From contig DATDRP010000006.1 of NCBI GenBank assembly GCA_035291665.1, positions 9,786 to 73,785 on the forward strand: 64,000 bases of DNA. The letters are read 5' to 3'. A program made the position numbers and the translations under genes. Below, piece after piece: positions 26,999 through 36,630 of this stretch; position 1 is the stretch's first letter, and each line of letters begins with the position of its first letter. Source of the stretch: Patescibacteria group bacterium. Lineage in GTDB: Bacteria; Patescibacteriota; Microgenomatia; UBA8517. Below the pieces are notes generated by a model, which did no database searches, had not been told where the DNA came from, and saw nothing but the letters and a program-made list of their open reading frames with translations.

Positions 26999-28588
26999 CT
27001 AAACAGGATTAGTTAGGGTGTATTTATCTCTTATTGCTTGGGTGTCAACATCTTTTATATCTTTATACTGCAGATACTCCAATAAATTGAAACCACGGAT
27101 GTCGGGATTTTTGTATTTGTTTTGCAGATATTCAATTTTAAAGAGTAAGATCCATAAACCATCAGATTCGGCTTGTTTTTTCTCCGTTTCGGTTACCGGA
27201 CCGGAAGATCTGACAATCTCATTCAGATGAGTTTTATACGAAAGTGAATCGCTCGAAAGTCTTGAAAGATATTGCATGTCAACTCCTTGACCGGTTGTTG
27301 CCCGGTGGAAATGGTAAATAAGGTAATCAAAATTTGCCAAATTGATAAGAATTAAAATTAATCCCGTATAGATTACGGACTTGGTAAGAAAGTATTTTTT
27401 CTCAATATTTTTCAGGAATGTATATAAATAAATTGTGAATATCCCCAAAATCCAGGTTGCAACTGCGAATCCGTAAAGTCTTTTATAAGTAAAACCCCAG
27501 GCGCTTGAATATTCATAAACACTTTTGTATGCCATGAATGCGAGAAAAATTCCTTCAACAAGAAGGACAAGCGCCAGTTTTTGATTATACTTTTTCTTTT
27601 CTTTGTCGGCGTAGAGAAGTGCCAAAACAATTACTGCAACAATGGAGAGCTGGGTAAATACTTCATTCGCATAATTTGAATAAGTATATCCAAGAGCGCT
27701 TAGGGTTTCTTGAGATGAAAAATATAGCTGGAATTGGGTAATGAAAAAAATTAGAAGTACTGCCGAAACCGCGATTTTGGGTATTAATAAGTTTAAGCCT
27801 AGTCTATTAGTAATCTTAAAACCTTCTTTTTTATTCATAGCAATTTCAAGGAAACCCCGCCCTTGGCGGGGAGGAATTGAACTTGATATGTCATCCTCCT
27901 TCAGAGGGAACCACGGACCGTGGTCCGTGGAGGATGTCATGAAAGTTGCTACCCTGGGTATTAAGAAGGCTGAACCTATAAAAAAGATTAATCTGATAAT
28001 CCACTGAAATATAGCCTCAGTTAATTTGATATTTCCCAAACCTATTAAATCGGCAACCTCAAGTAAAAGTTTTTCAAAGAATGGATTGGCGGATGCAAGA
28101 AGCGGCAGGATTACGGCCAAAATCGCCAATGTGATAAGGGTGATGGCGATTGTGTTAATTGTGCTTTCGCGCTTTCTTTCATTAGCAACAGGTTTCTTGA
28201 ATTCCAATTGATATTCATTTCGTATGAATACACTTTGCAGGAAAAGTATTAAGGGTGCAAAAATTAATGATAATATACTTTCCGGATCCTCCTTTTTAGT
28301 CAGGACAAAAAGAATACCGAAGTAAAAAATTGCGAGGAGATTAAGCATTATTACCGACGGCTCACTTCGGATCGTTAGTGCGATCGATAATATTAATGCG
28401 ATCGCGAAAAATGCTGTGGTGTCCGGGGTTTTGTCGTTTTTTATATAGAAAGCAAGGAAGGCAAATGAGATTAACGAAATTGAGAGGCCTAGATGGGGGA
28501 AGAATCCGAATGGAATTGATAACAAAGAAAAGGCGGCGCACGCGAAAATAATTAAAGCGGATATCTTACCCTTTTGAGTCAATTGCAT
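26999..28588 (-). CDS. polytopic membrane protein (529 aa), function unknown; carries an in-frame palindromic-element insertion
   Basis: More than 12 hydrophobic helices. The hydrophilic loop FMTSSTDHGPWFPLKEDDISSSIPPRQGRGFLEIAMNKK is encoded entirely by the repeat element at 27850-27940, and the reading frame is preserved. Confidence 0.5.
   Translation of the reverse strand: MQLTQKGKISALIIFACAAFSLLSIPFGFFPHLGLSISLISFAFLAFYIKNDKTPDTTAFFAIALILSIALTIRSEPSVIMLNLLAIFYFGILFVLTKKEDPESILSLIFAPLILFLQSVFIRNEYQLEFKKPVANERKRESTINTIAITLITLAILAVILPLLASANPFFEKLLLEVADLIGLGNIKLTEAIFQWIIRLIFFIGSAFLIPRVATFMTSSTDHGPWFPLKEDDISSSIPPRQGRGFLEIAMNKKEGFKITNRLGLNLLIPKIAVSAVLLIFFITQFQLYFSSQETLSALGYTYSNYANEVFTQLSIVAVIVLALLYADKEKKKYNQKLALVLLVEGIFLAFMAYKSVYEYSSAWGFTYKRLYGFAVATWILGIFTIYLYTFLKNIEKKYFLTKSVIYTGLILILINLANFDYLIYHFHRATTGQGVDMQYLSRLSSDSLSYKTHLNEIVRSSGPVTETEKKQAESDGLWILLFKIEYLQNKYKNPDIRGFNLLEYLQYKDIKDVDTQAIRDKYTLTNPV
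27850..27940. repeat. palindromic repeat element, copy 3 (module aaccccgccc...ggcgggg plus ATGTCATCCTCC...GGAGGATGTCAT) inside a CDS
   Basis: ATGTCATCCTCC at 27888-27899, inner hairpin cacggacc/ggtccgtg, GGAGGATGTCAT at 27929-27940, and ggaaaccccgcccttggcggggagga at 27850-27875. Confidence 0.75.
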
Positions 28589-28689
28589 TTAATTTTGGTA
28601 TCTATATTATATAACAACACCTCCAATTATCGGCGGTTTGTAAATCAGTTTTCTACGTAACAATGGTAATTTTGGTATAATCTTGGTGA

Positions 28690-29373
28690 ATGAAGAAAGT
28701 AGTTTTAATATCCGGCGGTAGCGATGGACTTGGAAAGGCTATTGCGCAAAATTTAACCCATGAATATAGGGTTGTGATTTTGTCTCCGACCGAAGAAAAA
28801 TTAAAAAAAGTTGCGGGTGAAATCGGAGTTGATTATATTGTTGCCGATGTAACAGACTACGAAAGTCTGGAAAAAGCGGTAAAAAGGGTTGTCGACAAAT
28901 TTAAAAGGATAGATTGTCTAGTCAACAATGCCGGGCTTTGGATTCAGGGAGAGCTTGTTGATAACAACTCCGAAGACATACGGAAGGTTATTAATGTAAA
29001 CACGCTAGGAGCGGTTTATTTTTCAAAAGCCGTTATTCCTCAAATGAAAAAACAAAAAAACGGATTAATTATAAATATAAATTCACAAGCCGGTTTGTAT
29101 GCAAAGCAGGAAAGAGCGGTTTATAATGCGACGAAATGGGGGATGACGGGTTTCACCAAAGCCCTGCAGGAAGAAGTTGCAAAATATGGGATATCGGTTA
29201 CCGGAATTCATCCGGGGAAAATGAATACGAAAATGTTTGAGAAAATGGGAATACAAAAGGATATGGGAGATGCAATTGATCCAAAAGAGGTGGCAAGAAT
29301 TGTAAGGTTCTTATTGGAAACACCTGGGGGTATTAACTTCCCTGAAATTGGGATTAAGAGTTTGGATTATTAA
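28690..29373 (+). CDS. short-chain dehydrogenase/reductase (SDR) family oxidoreductase
   Basis: VVLISGGSDGLGKAIA (TGxxxGxG-like), NNAG, YNATKWG (YxxxK), IHPG. Confidence 0.85.
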   Translation: MKKVVLISGGSDGLGKAIAQNLTHEYRVVILSPTEEKLKKVAGEIGVDYIVADVTDYESLEKAVKRVVDKFKRIDCLVNNAGLWIQGELVDNNSEDIRKVINVNTLGAVYFSKAVIPQMKKQKNGLIININSQAGLYAKQERAVYNATKWGMTGFTKALQEEVAKYGISVTGIHPGKMNTKMFEKMGIQKDMGDAIDPKEVARIVRFLLETPGGINFPEIGIKSLDY

Positions 29374-29527
29374 GAATAATTTTTCCTCCTAAGCGGTTAC
29401 TCTCAGTATGGAACAGTTAAGTTGACTTCAATAAAAAGTTCTGTTATTTTTCACTTACAACGGGAGAGAGAATTTAGTGAAAAAAAGAAACGAAAAAATC
29501 ATTAATATATTTAGAGCATGAATCAAA

Positions 29528-30457
29528 ATGAGCGTTGATCGTTTATCTAACCAATATATAAACCTCCCCAAGTACGAGATCGAAAATTTAGATAATAAAA
29601 TTTTACCTTCATATCTGCATTTGGAAAACGGTCATTTCAGGTTTGACCAGGCACAAGTAATCGAGGGAGGAACAGGAGAGTACGATACAGTATGGGATTT
29701 TGGCAATAGCAGGAATGATTTGAGACAGGAAGTTCCCCGAGCAGAAAGGATTAGGGTAAATGTTAGATCCGATATCAGATTCTTAGGTTTTGCAGACCCT
29801 GCAATAAAATACAGAATGGATGCAATTACTCGAATTGCAAATGACCCTCAAAAATCATTTGAAAATCCGGACGATAGGGTTGAGTATCGAAGCCATTTGG
29901 GAGAAGTTTATGAAAGTCTTGCTCGGGTAGTAAGACACAAGCTTCTTGGGGGTAAAGCTTTGTTTTTCGCTCCCAAAAACGGCGGTATTTTCGTTCGGGA
30001 TGTTTTTACCAAGGAAGGGATTCCAAACGAAGATTTTTATGACTATCGCATGAGTAGAGTTCTTGTGGCAGATAATCATGGCGAACCGCACATGAATGTG
30101 GCTGCAAAATTTGGACCCACTAACCCCAATATTACTGATTACAGAAATTTTGTCTTTTCAGATGACTGCTTGGCAAGTGATACAAGTTGTTTCGCAACAC
30201 TTGATTTTATTGCAACTCAATTGAGGAGAAAGAATATAGATCCTTTTGGCACCAGGGTGATAATTTCGGTCAGCGCGGCATCACAAAGGGGATTGGAATC
30301 GCTCCTGTCAAAGGAGGTCAGGAATAAATTTGATTTCAGATCTATGGAAGTTGTTGCGGCAGTACCCGTATATAAGATGACGGACGAATTTTATTTGCAG
30401 GAACTTGACGGTAGGTATAAGGTGGGGGACATGGGAAAATGGACGATCAGACCCTAG
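29528..30457 (+). CDS. divergent type I phosphoribosyltransferase-like protein (UPRTase-family-like)
   Basis: C-terminal NFVFSDDCLASDTSCFATLDFIATQL resembles the PRPP loop (VLIVDDVLATGGT), and ...VGDMGKW resembles the Upp C-terminus GDAGDRLFG. Key residues are substituted, so it may be non-catalytic. Confidence 0.35.
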   Translation: MSVDRLSNQYINLPKYEIENLDNKILPSYLHLENGHFRFDQAQVIEGGTGEYDTVWDFGNSRNDLRQEVPRAERIRVNVRSDIRFLGFADPAIKYRMDAITRIANDPQKSFENPDDRVEYRSHLGEVYESLARVVRHKLLGGKALFFAPKNGGIFVRDVFTKEGIPNEDFYDYRMSRVLVADNHGEPHMNVAAKFGPTNPNITDYRNFVFSDDCLASDTSCFATLDFIATQLRRKNIDPFGTRVIISVSAASQRGLESLLSKEVRNKFDFRSMEVVAAVPVYKMTDEFYLQELDGRYKVGDMGKWTIRP

Positions 30458-30527
30458 ATAAAGATTTTGGCTCTAAGCAAATAAATCTCAGGTAGAGAAT
30501 TAATTAACTTCAGATAAAGCAACAACA

Positions 30528-31178
30528 TTGAGGCTTGGTATAATCATTAACATGAATAGGACAATTTTGATGGCGACTGGGAATCCTCATAAAGCAGAAA
30601 GGTTCAAACACTATTTAACTCCGCTTGGTTTTTCAGTTATAACTTTTGCCGATTTAAAAGAAAAAGTAGAAGTGGTTGAAGATGGAATTACCCCTGAAGA
30701 AAATGCCCTTAAAAAAGCAAAAGCTGGATTTGAGGCAACAGGTAAACCATGTTTTGGAGTAGATTATTGGTTTTACATAAATGGTTTATCGCCCGGGAAA
30801 CAACCCGGACCACATGTGAGAAGAATTTTTGTTGGCGAGAGTGGTGAAAGAAATGAAGCAACAGATGATGAAATGCTTGATTATTATACAAATATAATTG
30901 AAGGCTTAGGTGGAAAGATAGGGGGTTTATGGAATTCCGCAATTGCTTTGATTACCAGTGCAGGAAAATCTCATACCGATTCTTTTACAAGGGAGACCAT
31001 CTTAACGTCAAAAAGAAGTCCGAAAATGACCGATGGGGAACCTTTGAATAGTATTCAAATAGACCCCCAAACAGGAAAATATTTTACTGATCTAACGAAA
31101 AATGAATGGTTGCTTCTTCAGCAAGGAAGGGAAAGAGGATATATAGATTTCTTTAGAAGGTACATCAATGAGATTTAA
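30528..31178 (+). CDS. Ham1/RdgB-family non-canonical NTP pyrophosphatase-like protein
   Basis: TILMATGNPHKAERF (ATGNxxKxxE motif) ... EENALKKAKAGFEATGKPCFGVDYWFYINGLSPG. Confidence 0.5.
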   Translation: MRLGIIINMNRTILMATGNPHKAERFKHYLTPLGFSVITFADLKEKVEVVEDGITPEENALKKAKAGFEATGKPCFGVDYWFYINGLSPGKQPGPHVRRIFVGESGERNEATDDEMLDYYTNIIEGLGGKIGGLWNSAIALITSAGKSHTDSFTRETILTSKRSPKMTDGEPLNSIQIDPQTGKYFTDLTKNEWLLLQQGRERGYIDFFRRYINEI

Positions 31179-31334
31179 TTATTGTTGGAAAAATGTTTTG
31201 TTAAACTTTCTTTAACTTCGATGATGCTTGTTGCGGTTGGCAGCTGGTTTTTTTCAAAAATTCAGCTTTGATATGATGGAGTACGAGAAAGGTAAGTATT
31301 TCAGTACGACTTCAGCTTGTTAAAAACAAGCTCA

Positions 31335-31490
31335 TTATACTTTGGAATATCTGTCCTTACTGTAAAAGTCATCCACCATTCCACCGTTTTTCAACAGCTC
31401 ATTGTAAGCTTTAAAATCTTCGGAAAATTTCTTAAGATTTTTTTTCGACTCTTTGTATATTATTTTGATTTCGTAAATTATATTTTTCAT
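31335..31490 (-). CDS. small ORF (51 aa, MKNIIYEIKIIYKESKKNLKKFSEDFKAYNELLKNGGMVDDFYSKDRYSKV), unannotated by the track
   Basis: ATG at 31490 is preceded 9 nt upstream by AAGGAGGTGAT, a perfect Shine-Dalgarno. It is followed by the hairpin agcttgtt-ttta-acaagct. Confidence 0.35.
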   Translation of the reverse strand: MKNIIYEIKIIYKESKKNLKKFSEDFKAYNELLKNGGMVDDFYSKDRYSKV

Positions 31491-31675
31491 AATGATTTAT
31501 ATCACCTCCTTTATAATTGTTAACTTTATCTGATCCAATAAAACCGGAGGATCCCTTCCGAATGCAAATCTCAAATGCTTGTTTGATAAGATAGAGAAAA
31601 ACATTACCCCGTATAAATAATACTAAGTTAACAAAGTAACGGATTCAGTAAGTTAAATGACGCCGATATGGTTGA

Positions 31676-32398
31676 TTGACTAACAAAGAGTTTGTAATCA
31701 TACTAACACCAATAAGTACTATGGATTTCTATTTTGACAAAGATTTAGATAAGTTATTTTCCGCCGGAGTAGAAGTTAAATATAAAAAAGGTGAAATCAT
31801 ACTCCGCGCCGAAGACGAACCTCAGGGTATTTATTATCTCAAAAAAGGATATGTCAAATTATATAATCTATCAATCGAAGGCAGAGAACAGATTATAAGC
31901 ATTTTTAAACCTCGTTCATACTTTCCGATTGCCTGGATTTTGGCAGAAGTGAAAAACACCTCTTACTATGAAGCCTTAACAGGTGTAAAGGTTTTAAAAG
32001 TTCCATCAAGTAAAGTCATAAAGTTTTTGGAAGACAATCCGAAATCTACAATGCTTTTAGCAAAAAGGTTGTCGTCGGGACTCAACGGTCTCGCCAAACT
32101 GATAAACATAATATTTTTGGCGTCAGCCAAACAGAGGGTTGCCTATGTTTTAGTTCAGTTTGCAGCGAGGTTCGGGGAGCATGTAAACGGAAAAAAGATA
32201 AAAATAATTCTACCTGTTACTCATCAGCTCATTTCAAACTATGCTGGACTGGTTCGGGAAACGGTCAGTCTCGAGATGGAGAGACTTAGAAAACAGAAAG
32301 TGATTGATTACTCTCGAAGTTCGGTAACAGTTATGGATTTATCCAAACTTCAGGGACTTTCACAGGCGGGTAGTGAAGCTGATGGGGTTGAAGTTTAA
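31676..32398 (+). CDS. Crp/Fnr family transcriptional regulator
   Basis: cNMP-binding beta-barrel (GEIILRAEDEPQGIYYLKKGYVKLY) and a C-terminal HTH (ISNYAGLVRETVSLEMERLRKQKVI). Confidence 0.7.
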   Translation: MTNKEFVIILTPISTMDFYFDKDLDKLFSAGVEVKYKKGEIILRAEDEPQGIYYLKKGYVKLYNLSIEGREQIISIFKPRSYFPIAWILAEVKNTSYYEALTGVKVLKVPSSKVIKFLEDNPKSTMLLAKRLSSGLNGLAKLINIIFLASAKQRVAYVLVQFAARFGEHVNGKKIKIILPVTHQLISNYAGLVRETVSLEMERLRKQKVIDYSRSSVTVMDLSKLQGLSQAGSEADGVEV

Positions 32399-32505
32399 TT
32401 CTTTTTCATAGGTTTTTTTGATTACTCCGAACGTGTGGTGGACCCGTTATTTTAAAAGTTTTACTGTATTGATTTGAACCTAAGCTGGTATAATTCCAAC
32501 TAGAA

Positions 32506-33087
32506 ATGTCGTTTAAAAAGCGGATTTTTAACAATACAGATATCCAGGCTAAGGATTTTGGCAATGAGAGGTTTGTGAACTGTAAATTCAAAAATCTGAA
32601 CTTCCGTTTCACTAATTTTACCGATTGTCAGTTTGTAAATTGTGATTTTTCAGGCAGTGTTTTTGAAATAACAACATTTACTGACTGTCGGTTTCCGGAA
32701 ACGAATGTTTCAAACATCGACTTTGGTGATATTGACCTCAAGAAATGTGATTTTACGGATTCATATGCTAAAAATTGTGTTTTCCACAAACTTAAAGGAG
32801 GTAAATTCGGTGAACGTAAGAAATGCAACCTTAAAGATTCAAATTTTGACAACACCAAACTTGACGGTTCTGTTTTTGCATGGTGTGATCTGAATTCTGT
32901 GAGTTTTAAAAAATCAAATCTGACGGAGGCTGTTTTTGAAAATTGCGATCTTGAAAATGCAAATTTCATCGGAGCCGATTTAACTTCGTGCGGATTTCGG
33001 AAATGCTATATCAAAAATACAAATTTGGACATCGAAGGCTTCATCAAAGTAGGGAATAGCAGAGGCTTCGTTCTGATGGACGAATAA
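32506..33087 (+). CDS. pentapeptide repeat protein
   Basis: Consecutive A(D/N)LxF-type repeats: FVNCKFKNLNFRFTNFTDCQFVNCDFSGSVFEITTFTDCRF ... ANFIGADLTSCGFRKCYI. Confidence 0.8.
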   Translation: MSFKKRIFNNTDIQAKDFGNERFVNCKFKNLNFRFTNFTDCQFVNCDFSGSVFEITTFTDCRFPETNVSNIDFGDIDLKKCDFTDSYAKNCVFHKLKGGKFGERKKCNLKDSNFDNTKLDGSVFAWCDLNSVSFKKSNLTEAVFENCDLENANFIGADLTSCGFRKCYIKNTNLDIEGFIKVGNSRGFVLMDE

Positions 33088-33575
33088 TTACGAGGCTAAT
33101 TTTGCAGAAAGATACGTATTTACGGGGAATTTGCTAATTTTCGAAGCATTGAAACGAAGGAGTGGGGGAGGAAGAACAAAGATTATAAGAATTAAAGAAT
33201 TAAGGATTGGAAAAGAGAAATGAGGGGTGTTACAAAATTGTGGATAACTTTTATGATGTTAACGTCGCACAATATTGTTCACAGCGTGAAACATATAAAT
33301 TCCTAGGTATTATACTATAAGATCTTTTTTTATAAATCGGTGGGGAAGAGGATAAAACATTTAATTTAAAAATTAAGAATTAGGATTAAAGAATAGAAAA
33401 ACAAACTATAAATAAATTAAAAAATTGAAAATTCTTAAATTGTCTTAAAGCCCCTACTTCTTCGCCATCTGTTTCTATTTATGCTGAGTTTCTTGTCTGT
33501 AAGTTATAAAGACTTTGTGGTGGCCACGAAAAGTGGAAAATACATTCTTAGACTTAAACTTAGACTTGAGCTGAT
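33088..33575. other. 490-bp AT-rich noncoding block with two imperfect ~55-bp direct repeats (33162-33220, 33340-33400; AAGAATTA octamer tandems) and a perfect DnaA box TGTGGATAA (33239-33247)
   Basis: There is no ORF longer than 60 codons except one overlapping the convergent gene end. The repeats GTGGGGGAGGAAGAACAAAG...AAGAATTAAAGAATTAAGGATTGG and GTGGGGAAGAGGATAAAACAT...AAGAATTAGGATTAAAGAATAG were compared by eye. Confidence 0.5.
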
Positions 33576-35063
33576 TTACACCTTTTCAGTTACTCGATAT
33601 TCCAAATATTTTCCGAGCATCAATCTCGTGTGCGCGTCTAATCCCGGGAGCGCGGAAAGGAAAAAACCGGCCACTGGCATTAGGATATATTCAAACGGGA
33701 CCAGTATCGCCCGCCAAAGAGGAAAATCTTTGGGACGTTTTGGTTTGTAGATATTATCAAAAATAATCATTACCAATAGGAAAGCCAGTGACACCGTGAG
33801 AATAAACGATGAAAGCTTGGGGACCATGTATCCCAGCGTAGTTCTTCCAAACGCAGGATTGAGAATTGTCGGAAGAGTAAGCCCGACAGTGATGACGAAC
33901 CAGTTAACAGGCCACATAAAATGAGCCCAAACAACATTCATCAATCTCATGATTTTATTTGGAAAAGACACCTTCTTGGCGAGGAAGAAGTTTTTTATTA
34001 TCCATGGAATGTCGCTTACACCCCAAGCCCAGCGTTTATACTGTTCATATTGATTTTTCAACGTCTCTCGTAAAGTGTGAGATTGAGCAGCATCAGCAAA
34101 AAGCGGCAGGTATATTGGTTCAACTTCCACGTCTCCCCCTTTAGCAAAGAATGCTTTAAAAAATATACCCCAATCTTCAGGTATTTTGTCCGGATCCCAA
34201 TATCCGGCTTCGTCGAGAAGTTTTAAAGACAAACCGTAATTTTGCTGGTTAATCAGGCGGTCTTTTCTCGGGAGCTGGGACAAGTTCCAAATTGAACCCA
34301 ACGTATTGGGAACTCTTGTAATTGCCGGTATGTCCCAGATGTTGTTGTAAAACATTATTGCCGGCTGCCAAAAGAAATTATAGCGTTTGGGGTTATCAAG
34401 AAATTTGTAAGTCAGACAGGCAAAATGCTTTGGATGGTATACATGGTCTGCATCACAGCTTGTGATTGTGATGTAGTTTATGTCATTTCCCCTTATATCA
34501 ACCAATTCCTTCTTCACCCACATTGCGGCATATCTTTCGTTTGACGCTTTTCCGACCACCTCCCCCGGAATAAGTTCATGAACAGTAACGAATAGATTTT
34601 TAAATACTTTCCCGAATTTATCTTTTAAATACTTTACTTTTTCGAGTCGTTCTTTCTCGTCCTCTTTTTTCTCCATAGCAAGAACTACAGTAATTTGATT
34701 TTTAGGTAAAGTTTGGTTTTTTAAGGAATTTAATGTTCGCTCAAGTGTATGGAGAGGCTCTTTATAGGTGGTGATAACAACAATATTATTAACTTTTTCC
34801 CAGTCAGGAAAATGCTTTAGTTCTCCCTCCCAGTCAAATATCATCGAGGCTTGGATTCTCCAGTGAGAAATTGTCGAAGTGACAGCAATAGTCAGCGATT
34901 GGTAAAACCAATAGATGTTAAAACCCAATACAAAGTAGGCAACCAAATTAGGGACTAGAAATATTCCCCAATATGGAAAAAGAATTACATTCCAGGAAAA
35001 AAATCCGGGAAGAATTTCCAGAAGTCTTTGAATAATGTGTTCTTTTTTGGATTGCGGCTGCAT
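33576..35063 (-). CDS. GT2 family processive membrane glycosyltransferase (cellulose/chitin synthase-like)
   Basis: ITSCDADHVYHP (DxD), the QxxRW motif (QYKRWAWG), and N- and C-terminal TM bundles. Confidence 0.75.
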   Translation of the reverse strand: MQPQSKKEHIIQRLLEILPGFFSWNVILFPYWGIFLVPNLVAYFVLGFNIYWFYQSLTIAVTSTISHWRIQASMIFDWEGELKHFPDWEKVNNIVVITTYKEPLHTLERTLNSLKNQTLPKNQITVVLAMEKKEDEKERLEKVKYLKDKFGKVFKNLFVTVHELIPGEVVGKASNERYAAMWVKKELVDIRGNDINYITITSCDADHVYHPKHFACLTYKFLDNPKRYNFFWQPAIMFYNNIWDIPAITRVPNTLGSIWNLSQLPRKDRLINQQNYGLSLKLLDEAGYWDPDKIPEDWGIFFKAFFAKGGDVEVEPIYLPLFADAAQSHTLRETLKNQYEQYKRWAWGVSDIPWIIKNFFLAKKVSFPNKIMRLMNVVWAHFMWPVNWFVITVGLTLPTILNPAFGRTTLGYMVPKLSSFILTVSLAFLLVMIIFDNIYKPKRPKDFPLWRAILVPFEYILMPVAGFFLSALPGLDAHTRLMLGKYLEYRVTEKV

Positions 35064-35073
35064 AAAATATTAT

Positions 35074-36615
35074 TTACCCCAGTTTTGGAAAAAGAGGTTC
35101 TCCTTTAACGATCTTGGTACCGGGTTTAATGTTTGTCCAGCTGTCTTTGTAGTTGATATCGTTCAATAACAATTTTTCTATTTGAAGTCTTTTTGCAATT
35201 TTTTGAGCTGTTTGAGGAATAAAAATGTAGGTTTGCCACGCAAGTTGATGCAGGCTGTCAATTAGTCCGTAAATTGCCCAATTGAATTTGACGACATCTT
35301 TCTCAGCAAGTTTCCATATTTCATTTTCATTAATGTACTTATCAGCTTCAGATATGTATTTCCAAATTGAATTTATTGCTTCGTTGAAACGAAATTGCGG
35401 AACACTCCTATCGATGTCTGACCAGACTTTTTTCCAATTATGAATCGCGGTGTCTACTCTCAAAGGGTGATTATCGGGTGGTTGGTTAATTTCAGGAACT
35501 TTACCGTCGCAATATTTTTCAATTAATGCAGTGACTCGTGCGAATAAATTTCCAAGACCGTTTGCCAACTCTCCATTGTAGATATTTTCAAATTTTTCAA
35601 TTGTAAAATCACTGTCTTCAAAAGGGTGGATATTTGATAAAAGATAATATCTGACCGCATCTGTGCCGTTTCGTTGGACCAACTCATAAGGATCAACAGT
35701 ATTACCCAGACTTTTGCTGATTTTTTGTCCATTAGCCGTAATAAATCCATGAATGAAAATCTGTTTTGAATTCGGAAGACCGGCCGATAAAAGCATTGCC
35801 TGCCACATCGCCGATTGTTGACGGAGGTTGTCTTTTCCGGCAACTTGAAGTCCCGGCCAGAAGTCTGAAAACTTTTTTTGATCCTCCGGCCATCCGAGAG
35901 CGGATATGTAATTAATAAGAGCGTCAAACCAGACGTACATTACATGATCAGGATCGTTTGGCACTTCTATTCCCCAAGGCATTTTGCTTTTGAGTCTTGA
36001 GACTGAAAAATCGGATAGTCCTTCGGAAACAAACGACTTTATTTCATTAAACCGAAAGTCAGGAACCACAAAATCAGGGTGGGTATTGTAAAACTCCAGA
36101 AGCGGTTTTTGGTATTTTGAGAATTTGAAGAAGTAATTTTCTTCACTTCTTATTTCCAAATTCTGAGTTGGGTGAAGCGGGCATTTTCCTTCAACAAGTT
36201 CAGACTCCGTTTTTTCAAGCTCGCAGCCGACACAATACTTGACTTCATATTTGTCTTTATAAATATCGCCGTTTTTATTGCATCGATTCCAAAACTCCTG
36301 AGCAGCTTTGATGTGATGGGGATCGGTTGTCCTAATAAAATTGTTATAGTCCAAGTTCAGAGCCGATTTAAGTTCGTCGAATTTTTTTGCATACTCGTCG
36401 CAGTAACTTTGCGGGTCTTTTCCCTGCTCAACAGCTTTTTTATAAATCTTTTGACCATGTTCATCGGTTCCGAAATTGAAAAACACATTCTCCCCCAATA
36501 GTTTACGGTACCTTGCGACCACATCAGCCTGAACAATTTCCAGTGCGAAACCGATATGCGGTTCTGCATTAACATACGGCAGAGTTGTTGTGATATAAAA
36601 ATTCTTCTTGTCCAT
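35074..36615 (-). CDS. metG: methionine--tRNA ligase
   Basis: HIGH-type motif (NAEPHIGF), the KMSKS variant KISKSLGN, and a zinc knuckle CVGCELEK...CPLHP. Confidence 0.9.
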   Translation of the reverse strand: MDKKNFYITTTLPYVNAEPHIGFALEIVQADVVARYRKLLGENVFFNFGTDEHGQKIYKKAVEQGKDPQSYCDEYAKKFDELKSALNLDYNNFIRTTDPHHIKAAQEFWNRCNKNGDIYKDKYEVKYCVGCELEKTESELVEGKCPLHPTQNLEIRSEENYFFKFSKYQKPLLEFYNTHPDFVVPDFRFNEIKSFVSEGLSDFSVSRLKSKMPWGIEVPNDPDHVMYVWFDALINYISALGWPEDQKKFSDFWPGLQVAGKDNLRQQSAMWQAMLLSAGLPNSKQIFIHGFITANGQKISKSLGNTVDPYELVQRNGTDAVRYYLLSNIHPFEDSDFTIEKFENIYNGELANGLGNLFARVTALIEKYCDGKVPEINQPPDNHPLRVDTAIHNWKKVWSDIDRSVPQFRFNEAINSIWKYISEADKYINENEIWKLAEKDVVKFNWAIYGLIDSLHQLAWQTYIFIPQTAQKIAKRLQIEKLLLNDINYKDSWTNIKPGTKIVKGEPLFPKLG

Positions 36616-36630
36616 GGACTATATTTTACT

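Noticed and set aside
33481-33750. 89-aa plus-strand ORF
   Set aside because: It overlaps the 3' end of the GT2 gene on the other strand and starts in AT-rich noncoding DNA, so it is a shadow ORF.
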